From: Coprobacillaceae bacterium
Lineage (GTDB): Bacteria > Bacillota_I > Bacilli_A > Erysipelotrichales > Coprobacillaceae
Direction of reading: 5' to 3'
Length of the DNA: 32,000 nucleotides
Assembly (NCBI GenBank): GCA_963675915.1
Contig: OY780959.1
Coordinates: 480,001 to 512,000 of the forward strand
The stretch's first letter is position 1; every line of letters starts with the position of its first letter. Shown one piece after another: positions 8,031 to 14,419 of the stretch. Position numbers and translations under genes: made by a program. The notes under the pieces are model-generated. The model ran no database searches. It was not told the DNA's origin and worked only from the letters and a program-made list of their open reading frames with translations.

Positions 8031-8257
8031 AGAATCTATCCAGGGAAATCAAACAAACTTGATAACACAAGGGTGGAATTTCGCAATTCAAAAAAAATTC
8101 GAAAAATCACACTGATTTTTAGTGCGCCCAAAAATCATTCAATTCTTATTTACTAATTCAATTATATCTATATATTGGTAAAAATAATAGATATAATTCG
8201 AAATATTCGGATATCAATTTTCAAACAAATACTAAGAGTGGAAGTTAATCAAACAAA

Positions 8258-8280
8258 GTGGAACTTCAGTTTTCAATTAA
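8258..8280 (-). repeat. IS30-family right terminal inverted repeat
   Basis: GTGGAACTTCAGTTTTCAATTAA is the reverse complement partner of 6585-6607. Confidence 0.8.
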
Positions 8281-8282
8281 CC

Positions 8283-8295
8283 TAATAATATCATT
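8283..8295. repeat. Right copy of 13-bp flanking direct repeat TAATAATATCATT
   Basis: Identical to 6570-6582. Confidence 0.7.
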
Positions 8296-8350
8296 TTGTG
8301 AAAAAAATTTATGCCCAAAACAGTCTTGATGCGCTGATGGGAGATAATTG

Positions 8351-8450
8351 GCCAAAAGAAAAAAGAGCGTTTGGGGGTTGCGCTCTTTTAAAGTCTATGG
8401 GCAATGTTACTGTTAGAGGAACATCAAGGCTGATTCATTACCCGCTTTAT
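8351..8450 (-). ncRNA. Candidate small regulatory RNA (about 100 nt, unclassified)
   Basis: It lies between a near-consensus minus-strand promoter (8457-8485) and a strong intrinsic terminator (stem 8389-8381/8369-8361 plus a U-tract). There is no plausible ORF. The predicted 5' stem-loop exposes CCUCU and the terminator loop is CAACCCCCAAA. Confidence 0.5.
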
Positions 8451-8456
8451 GTTTAT

Positions 8457-8485
8457 ATTATATTACTAAAAAAAATTAATTTCAA
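8457..8485 (-). promoter_or_regulatory. Near-consensus sigma-A promoter of the candidate sRNA
   Basis: On the minus strand, TTGAAA (8485-8480), a 17-bp spacer and TATAAT (8462-8457). Confidence 0.65.
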
Positions 8486-8654
8486 GAAGAATGTGTATAA
8501 TACCACAATATTAACCATAAAAATTGTAATCGGTTACAAATAATTCACCAATTTTTGTTTTTGGGTTGGAATTTTTTGACAATCTGAGTTAAGTTGTTAA
8601 AAAACATTCAATTTATCGTCCAAATTTGGTAACATGGAGATAAGGAGAAATTTT

Positions 8655-9455
8655 ATGAAAGAGATAAAAATGGTATTATGCGATTTGGACGGGACACTGC
8701 TCAATTCGCAGGGGAAAGTAAGTGAACCGACTATTGCCAAAATCAGGGAACTCCGCGCCAAGGGTATCATGTTCGGTCTGGCAACCGGACGTGATGTCGA
8801 TGTCTGCGAACTCTTGTACGAGAGTTGGGGGCTTGATGGACTGGTCGATATCATGATGGGAATCAATGGAGCGCACATAGTTGACTACATCAAAGAAGAA
8901 GAACGTTTTTTCAATTATACGCCCGGAGAGGAATTCAAAAAGGTGATTGACCACTTCCAGGGACTTCCAGTCAACTATGCCATTTCTCATGATGGCATGC
9001 TCAAGGTGGCTTATGAACATGAATTCAATGCCGATTTCCAACGAATCGAACAGACTTTGGTCAGGGTCTATGACTATGAAAAATTGCTTGACGACAGTCA
9101 TGCCAAGATTCATGTCATTTTCCGGCCGGAGTATCTGGACCTTGTTTCATCCCGGGCCAAGCAATTCGCTGATGAAAAACTCAAGGCGGTCTGTACCGGT
9201 TCAATCATGTGGGAGGTCTTCAACAAGGATATTTCCAAAGCCAACGGTATCCGCCATCTGGCTGCATCTCATGATCTTGATGTTTCCAATATCCTGGTCT
9301 TTGGTGATGGCGACAATGATTTTGAAATGATTATGGAAGCCGGTATCGGTGTGGCGATGGCCAATGCTTCCCAAAATGTCTTGAATATTGCTGACTACAC
9401 CACCGCTGATAATGACAGTGACGGGATAGCGGCGTTTATTGAAGAGCATTTCTAG
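8655..9455 (+). CDS. Cof-type HAD-IIB family hydrolase (sugar-phosphatase-like)
   Basis: HAD motif I is DLDGTLL, motif II is ATGR, and motif IV is GDGDND. The cap region is of the Cof subtype. I chose the ATG at 8655, 7 nt after AAGGAG. Confidence 0.88.
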   Translation: MKEIKMVLCDLDGTLLNSQGKVSEPTIAKIRELRAKGIMFGLATGRDVDVCELLYESWGLDGLVDIMMGINGAHIVDYIKEEERFFNYTPGEEFKKVIDHFQGLPVNYAISHDGMLKVAYEHEFNADFQRIEQTLVRVYDYEKLLDDSHAKIHVIFRPEYLDLVSSRAKQFADEKLKAVCTGSIMWEVFNKDISKANGIRHLAASHDLDVSNILVFGDGDNDFEMIMEAGIGVAMANASQNVLNIADYTTADNDSDGIAAFIEEHF

Positions 9456-9461
9456 CTTGTT

Positions 9462-9485
9462 AAAAGAGTGCAGAGCACTCTTTTT
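9462..9485 (+). terminator. Terminator of HAD hydrolase gene
   Basis: AGAGTGC-AGA-GCACTCT hairpin followed by T5. Confidence 0.75.
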
Positions 9486-9491
9486 ACTTGT

Positions 9492-9517
9492 AAAAAAACA
9501 GGACCGATGGGTCCTGT
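9492..9517 (-). terminator. Terminator of the 424-aa minus-strand gene
   Basis: ACAGGACC-GATG-GGTCCTGT hairpin followed by U7 when read on the minus strand. Confidence 0.8.
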
Positions 9518-9526
9518 TTGGTTTCA

Positions 9527-10801
9527 TTAAAGATCATCCTTGAATGCTTCGTAAAGATTGGTAATCAACTGTTTTAGTTTTTCGTCATTGACATCGAAAT
9601 TGTTCGAGCGGAAATTGTTGGCGAGATTCATCATATCCATCATTGACAGATTTCCGGAACTCATGATTTTCTTGGTGAGTCCGTCATAACCGTATTTATG
9701 GATCAGTTTGCTCATCAACTCCTGGGCTTTATCGCTGTCAAAGCCACCTTGACTAAACGGATTGGTGGTCAAGTCGGTCAAATCGAAGCCGGTGTTTTTG
9801 ATATCGATATTGTAGCGCATCAGCGGCAACAGAATGTTTTTGACATTGTCATCATTGACTTCGATAACCGGGACGCTGCCGATAGTGTTGATCTTTTCGA
9901 GAGTCAGTTTTCTGATTTGATGGACCAGATCACTAAAGCTATTATAGGTCAGTTCTTTTTTGTCGATGATGTTTTCATAAATTAGATTCAGGACCACTTG
10001 GTTGTCTTTATCGCTTTCAATGGCGATGGCAACTTGGAGTTTTCCGGGGATGTAATTGAAATTGTCGACAATGACATCTTCATAGAAATAGTTGATTTGG
10101 TGGCCGGCGATTGTTTCAAGGTTCAGATGGCTTTGATATTTGGCCATTTCATTGATGGTGTCGGCCATAAGGCTCATCGCTTCTATCGAATCTATTTCCA
10201 AGACTTCGCCGAGATTGAACTCCGAGATATCGATGTAATCGTCCTCGACATCGTACAAGAGATTCAGGCACGTTTTAAAAACGCTGTCACCTTGGGAGTT
10301 GAGGGCCAGGGCGAAATCCTCGATATTCTTGAAAATGCAGATTTCATAACTGCCATCTTCTTTATTGTAATAGAAATAGTTGTCCCCGTGTTTGATGGCA
10401 TAGGTGCCATAAAAGTTGTCAATTGAGCGTTTGAAGCTGTTTTCCACTGCACGGGCATCACTTTTTGACAGGCTAGTTGGCAGCAGGAAGTTTTGACGGA
10501 GATTGCGACTTAGCTTTTCATCATCGCTTCTTGGATAAAGATTTGACGAGATTGTAGCGCTAATCACCGTAATATCAAACAGATCGCTGCCATAGCTGTA
10601 ACTGAAATTATTGGAAACCTCGTTGATTTTTCGTGACGGGGTTTGATTGGAATGGATTTCTTTGTTATCATCTATGAAGTGATACGGCTGATTATAATCA
10701 AGTTGGAATAAATACTGGATTGTATAGTGCAGCTGTTCAAGGGTGCAACTGGCTGGTATTTGCAGTTGGCTGTTCCTTACTTTCAAGTTGTATATTTGCA
10801 T
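9527..10801 (-). CDS. Uncharacterised acidic 424-aa protein, N-terminus resembling the pRiA4b ORF-3 / MM3350-like domain
   Basis: It has a strong RBS (AGGGGG) and its own terminator. The N-terminal IYNLKVRN...IPASCTLEQLHYTIQYLFQLDYNQPYHF follows the Y-x-LKV ... TLxxLHxxIQxxF ... HxF pattern of that family. I recognise nothing in the rest of the protein. Confidence 0.55.
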   Translation of the reverse strand: MQIYNLKVRNSQLQIPASCTLEQLHYTIQYLFQLDYNQPYHFIDDNKEIHSNQTPSRKINEVSNNFSYSYGSDLFDITVISATISSNLYPRSDDEKLSRNLRQNFLLPTSLSKSDARAVENSFKRSIDNFYGTYAIKHGDNYFYYNKEDGSYEICIFKNIEDFALALNSQGDSVFKTCLNLLYDVEDDYIDISEFNLGEVLEIDSIEAMSLMADTINEMAKYQSHLNLETIAGHQINYFYEDVIVDNFNYIPGKLQVAIAIESDKDNQVVLNLIYENIIDKKELTYNSFSDLVHQIRKLTLEKINTIGSVPVIEVNDDNVKNILLPLMRYNIDIKNTGFDLTDLTTNPFSQGGFDSDKAQELMSKLIHKYGYDGLTKKIMSSGNLSMMDMMNLANNFRSNNFDVNDEKLKQLITNLYEAFKDDL

Positions 10802-10887
10802 AATTATTCCCCCTTTTTTTGCAATTCTACACCATTTGAATGCAATCTACAATGATTATTTGGCAAATAAAAAAATCAGGAGAAAAT

Positions 10888-11538
10888 ATGACAAGACAAT
10901 ACGAAAAACAGGTGCTCAGCTACTGCATCAACGAGCCCGATTATCTCTTTGAAGAAGCGTTTTATTACCGTCTTAAAGTTGAGGACGACTCGGCGGTGAC
11001 GATCTATCACGGAACTGATATTGTATTTGTCACCAGCACTGATCCGGTAGCTTCCATCAATGCCAGGCGCCAGTTGCTTGCTGATGCGATTTTTGTCGGG
11101 ACGGAGGTAATTGCCCAATTCCAGAAACTTGAAGCTCTCAAGACCGGTCTTAAGGTTTTGCGCTACCAGCCTCGCCCGACAGACGAGGTTAGCTGCTATT
11201 ATTTTAAAACGGAAACATCGCAGGCCCTGGACAATCAGCTTGATTATATTGTCAATCTCGAGTTGATTGACATGTCCAAAAGCTTTGTCATGTCGGGGAA
11301 GTTCACCGAGATATCCCGTGGTGATCTATACCGGGTGATCAGGAACCACCAGGGGCAGGTGCTTTCGGCAGTCTCCCAAAAATGTGATTATGTGGTGATC
11401 GGGTCTCAAAAATCGGCTGGATGGAAGTTTGGTGATTATGGTACCAAGATCAACAAAGCCTTGGAAATCAACCGCAATGGCGGGCGGATTTTGTTTGTGA
11501 GTGAAAGTCAGTTTATTGACTATCTCAAAAGGGACTAG
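10888..11538 (+). CDS. BRCT-domain protein with unknown N-terminal domain
   Basis: The C-terminal FVMSGKFTEISRGDLYRVIRNHQGQVLSAVSQKCDYVVIG...GGRILFVSESQFIDYL fits the bacterial BRCT pattern seen in the LigA C-terminus. I chose the ATG at 10888 (RBS AGGAGA) over 10840. Confidence 0.65.
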   Translation: MTRQYEKQVLSYCINEPDYLFEEAFYYRLKVEDDSAVTIYHGTDIVFVTSTDPVASINARRQLLADAIFVGTEVIAQFQKLEALKTGLKVLRYQPRPTDEVSCYYFKTETSQALDNQLDYIVNLELIDMSKSFVMSGKFTEISRGDLYRVIRNHQGQVLSAVSQKCDYVVIGSQKSAGWKFGDYGTKINKALEINRNGGRILFVSESQFIDYLKRD

Positions 11539-11576
11539 AAAACGGTCAATTTTTTCATTTCAATTACTAAGATTTC

Positions 11577-11605
11577 TTTACATAAGTTACTTGATTTGAT
11601 AAAAT
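11577..11605 (+). promoter_or_regulatory. Upstream promoter P1 ahead of the bioY/FAS operon
   Basis: TTTACA (11577-11582), a 17-bp spacer and TG-n-TAAAAT (11597-11605). No terminator is visible before bioY. Confidence 0.5.
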
Positions 11606-11761
11606 ATAGTAGTATTATTGCACTCGAATATTTATTATTCAAACGCCCGGTTGAAAACTATTGGGATTGTCTTTGACTTGGCGGCGGTTGTGTGCTTTAA
11701 TGACAAGACACTGCTGTGGACTTAGTATCCAGAAGGTGATGGTTTGTAGTTACAACAAAAT

Positions 11762-11778
11762 AGTTTGACTGCCAAAAT
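11762..11778. promoter_or_regulatory. FabT-type operator palindrome 1
   Basis: AGTTTGACTGCCAAAAT matches the S. pneumoniae FabT site AGTTTGACTGTCAAATT at 15/17 positions. Confidence 0.6.
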
Positions 11779-11782
11779 AAAA

Positions 11783-11799
11783 TGTTTGACAATCAAACA
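11783..11799. promoter_or_regulatory. FabT-type operator palindrome 2 (overlaps -35 of P2)
   Basis: TGTTTGACAATCAAACA has TGTTTGA/TCAAACA perfect 7-bp arms and shares the TTTGA-N-TCAAA core of FabT boxes. Confidence 0.55.
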
Positions 11800-11814
11800 A
11801 TTATTGGGTATCAT
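11786..11814 (+). promoter_or_regulatory. Promoter P2 of bioY/FAS operon
   Basis: TTGACA (11786-11791), a 17-bp spacer and TATCAT (11809-11814). Confidence 0.6.
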
Positions 11815-11832
11815 GGTTGCGAGGAGGATGTT

Positions 11833-12363
11833 ATGAATAACTCAAAACGTATTGTAAACATCGGGATCATGATTGGATTATTAATCATTGCCTCACAGAT
11901 CTCATTTAGAATCGGACCAATTCCGATAACCATGCAAACCATGATGATTATGATCATTGCGACTATGCTCAATCCCCGGGATTCGATCACAGTCGGACTG
12001 GTTTATTTGTTGATGGGGGCGATTGGATTGCCTGTATTTGCATCTTTCGGTGGTGGTCTGGCCTATTTGTTAGGTCCGACAGGGGGATTTTTAATTAGTT
12101 TCCCAATTATTTTAGGGGTCATGAGTTATATCATGTCTTATAATGATGGGGTTGCCTTTAAAATGATCGCTTATTTTATCGGTACCGTAATTTGTTATCT
12201 CATCGGAGTCGAGTACTTCATGGTGGTGACGAATTATTCATTGACTGACAGTATCAACTTATGCGTGGTTCCATTTGTATTGGGCGACCTATTGAAAATT
12301 GTCGGTGCGGTAATAAGCACTAAAAAACTTAGACAAATTAATTTTGTCATGACAAGAAATTAA
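11833..12363 (+). CDS. bioY: Biotin transporter S-component BioY
   Basis: 176 aa and strongly hydrophobic, with the BioY pattern (ISFRIGPIPITMQT...GLPVFA..GGGLAYLLGPTGGFL). I chose the ATG at 11833, which follows GAGGAGG. Confidence 0.88.
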   Translation: MNNSKRIVNIGIMIGLLIIASQISFRIGPIPITMQTMMIMIIATMLNPRDSITVGLVYLLMGAIGLPVFASFGGGLAYLLGPTGGFLISFPIILGVMSYIMSYNDGVAFKMIAYFIGTVICYLIGVEYFMVVTNYSLTDSINLCVVPFVLGDLLKIVGAVISTKKLRQINFVMTRN

Positions 12364-12374
12364 GGAGAATGAAT

Positions 12375-12602
12375 ATGGAATTTTCAAAATTAAAAGAAGT
12401 ATTAGTAGAAACATTAAACTGTGATGAAGACAAAGTATCTTTAGAAGCATCTTTAAAAGAAGACTTGGAAGCTGACTCATTAGACGCTGTAGAATTAGTT
12501 ATGGCTATCGAAGATGAATTTGACATCGAAATCCCAGATGACAAAGTAGCTGGATTTATTACTGTTCAAGATATCGCTTCATATATCGAGTCTGTAGAAT
12601 AA
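12375..12602 (+). CDS. acpP: Acyl carrier protein
   Basis: 75 aa and acidic, with the LEADSLDAVELV phosphopantetheine-attachment motif. The second ATG has better spacing from AAGGAG. Confidence 0.93.
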   Translation: MEFSKLKEVLVETLNCDEDKVSLEASLKEDLEADSLDAVELVMAIEDEFDIEIPDDKVAGFITVQDIASYIESVE

Positions 12603-12603
12603 T

Positions 12604-13056
12604 ATGGAAGTTAAAGAACTTTTAAATTTATTTGAACAATCATCTTTTACATCTTTTGATTATGAAGATGGTAATTTTAAATTGAAAGTTTCTCGTGGAG
12701 GTTCAACTACAACTGGTGAAGTTAAAGTAGTTGAACCTACTTTTACAAATACGCAAGAAACTATCAAAGCTCCTGTTCAAACACAACAACCACAAGAAGA
12801 AGCGAAACCAGTTGAAGTTGAAGGGACTAAAGTACTTTCTCCTTTGGTAGGGATTTATTACGATGCGGCATCACCAGAGAGTGAGCCATTTGTAACTTTG
12901 AACCAAAGAGTGGAAGCTGGACAAACATTATGTATTATTGAAGCGATGAAAGTAATGAACGAAATCAAAGCTCCTGTCAGCGGAGTTGTCACAAAAATAA
13001 ATTGTAAAAACGAAGAACTTGTCGAATTTGATGAAGAAATTATGGTGATTAGTTAA
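12604..13056 (+). CDS. accB: Biotin carboxyl carrier protein of acetyl-CoA carboxylase
   Basis: 150 aa with a P/Q/E-rich linker and the biotinyl-lysine motif EAMKVMNEI. Confidence 0.95.
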   Translation: MEVKELLNLFEQSSFTSFDYEDGNFKLKVSRGGSTTTGEVKVVEPTFTNTQETIKAPVQTQQPQEEAKPVEVEGTKVLSPLVGIYYDAASPESEPFVTLNQRVEAGQTLCIIEAMKVMNEIKAPVSGVVTKINCKNEELVEFDEEIMVIS

Positions 13057-14417
13057 TGTTTAAAAGAATATTAATTGCAAACCGTGGTGAGATAGCGGTT
13101 AGAATTATCCGCACTTGCCATGAAATGGGGATCGAGACTGTCGCAATCTATTCAACTACGGATCGTGACTGTCTTCATGTCCAGCTTGCAACTAGATCCG
13201 TGTGTATCGGACCTAGTAAATCAAGTGAATCATATCTGAAAATGGATCGCATCATTCAGGTTGCTCTGGCAACTGGCTGTGACGCAATCCATCCTGGATT
13301 TGGATTCCTGTCTGAAAATGCGGATTTTGTCGAAATGGTCGAAGCCTGCGGGTTGGTCTTCATCGGACCTAGCGCTGCTTCAATCAATGCCCTTGGAAAC
13401 AAGATGGCGGCAAGAACTTTGATGATCGAAGGGAATGTCCCGGTTGTTCCAGGTTCTCTGGCACCGTTGCAATCATTGGCGGAAGCCAAAGAATTGGCTA
13501 ATGAAGTCGGTTATCCGATTTTAATCAAGGCCAGTGCCGGTGGGGGAGGCCGCGGAATGCGGATCGCCAAAGATGACAGCGAAATCGAATCAGCCTACAA
13601 TCAGGCTAAACTGGAAGCGAAACAATGTTTCTTGAATGATGAAGTTTATTTGGAAAAACTGATTCAAAATCCAAAACATATCGAGATCCAGATTCTGGCC
13701 GACAATTTCGGTAACGTTATCCATTTAGGAGAGCGTGACTGTTCAATCCAACGTCGTAACCAGAAAATTATTGAAGAGGCACCAAGTTGTGTCCTTACCG
13801 AAGAATTGCGTGATCAAATGGGTCAAGCGGCAATCAATGCTGCCAAAGCGGCCGATTATACCAATGCGGGTACCGTGGAATTCGTTTACGTCGATGGTGA
13901 ATTCTATTTCATCGAAATGAATACCCGGATTCAGGTTGAACATCCGATCACTGAAATGATTACCGGAATCGACCTGATCAAGGAACAAATCCGAATCGAA
14001 GCTAATTTGAAATTGAGCTACACTCAAGAAGACATCGTTTTAAACGGAGTTGCCATCGAGTGTCGGATCAATGCCGAAGACTTCAGAAGAGGATTCACTC
14101 CAACCCCAGGTAAAGTTGAGAGTCTCCATTTCCCGGGTGGATTTGGTGTGCGAATCGACAGCTTGTTATATCAAGGTTACAAGGTTTCTCCTTTCTACGA
14201 TTCAATGGTTGCCAAGATCATTGTTCATGGAAGCACTCGTCTTGAAGCAATCAGAAGAATGCGTCGCGCATTGGAAGAGTTGGTAATCGACGGTTTTTCA
14301 ACAAACCAGGAATTGCTTTACTACATCATGCATACAAAAGACTATGTCAAAGGGAACTTCAATACCGGATTTATTGAGGCGAACTTAGATACATACCTCG
14401 AAGAAGGGGATGAATAA
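13056..14417 (+). CDS. accC: Biotin carboxylase
   Basis: 453 aa with ILIANRGEIAVRIIRT, ATP-grasp KASAGGGGRGMR, and EMNTRIQVEHPITE. Confidence 0.97.
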   Translation: MFKRILIANRGEIAVRIIRTCHEMGIETVAIYSTTDRDCLHVQLATRSVCIGPSKSSESYLKMDRIIQVALATGCDAIHPGFGFLSENADFVEMVEACGLVFIGPSAASINALGNKMAARTLMIEGNVPVVPGSLAPLQSLAEAKELANEVGYPILIKASAGGGGRGMRIAKDDSEIESAYNQAKLEAKQCFLNDEVYLEKLIQNPKHIEIQILADNFGNVIHLGERDCSIQRRNQKIIEEAPSCVLTEELRDQMGQAAINAAKAADYTNAGTVEFVYVDGEFYFIEMNTRIQVEHPITEMITGIDLIKEQIRIEANLKLSYTQEDIVLNGVAIECRINAEDFRRGFTPTPGKVESLHFPGGFGVRIDSLLYQGYKVSPFYDSMVAKIIVHGSTRLEAIRRMRRALEELVIDGFSTNQELLYYIMHTKDYVKGNFNTGFIEANLDTYLEEGDE

Positions 14418-14419
14418 AT

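Larger units (their letters stand above)
6583..8282 (+). mobile_element. IS30-family insertion sequence (complete, about 1.7 kb)
   Basis: It carries a single DDE transposase ORF and 23-bp terminal inverted repeats (19/23 identical) at 6585-6607 and 8258-8280. A 13-bp direct repeat flanks it. The exact termini are uncertain by about 2 nt. Confidence 0.85.

Noticed and set aside
5929-8100. Similar A-tract strings TTCAAAAAAATTC (5929-5950, tandem) and TTCAAAAAAAATTC (8087-8100)
   Set aside because: This is low-complexity A-tract similarity. The first is plausibly an UP element of the tRNA promoter and the second lies inside the IS tail. There is no evidence of homology.
8298-8543. 81-aa plus-strand ORF in the intergenic region right of the IS30 element
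   Set aside because: It has a GTG start with no SD and a low-complexity, AT-driven composition (…YVYIILLKKINFKKNVYNTTILTIKIV…). It runs straight through a minus-strand promoter and terminator pair, which is better explained as a small RNA gene.
8521-8578. Possible solo IS30 end remnant (AATTGTAAT…AATTCACC at 8522-8549; GGGTTGGAATTTT at 8562-8574) upstream of the HAD gene
   Set aside because: It shares only a 9-mer and a loose GTGGAA-like motif with the IS terminal repeat. The similarity is too degenerate to call.
9698-10426. Plus-strand ORFs (95 and 142 aa) antisense to the 424-aa gene
   Set aside because: Their repetitive D/I/V/F-rich translation mirrors the acidic, N/D/E-rich sense protein. 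They have no start context.
11650-11770. 22-24-codon ORFs in the bioY leader (TTG at about 11651: MKTIGIVFDLAAVVCFNDKTLLWT; ATG at 11700: MTRHCCGLSIQKVMVCSYNKIV)
   Set aside because: Neither has a Shine-Dalgarno sequence. They are too short to evaluate and are kept only as a caveat to the leader finding.
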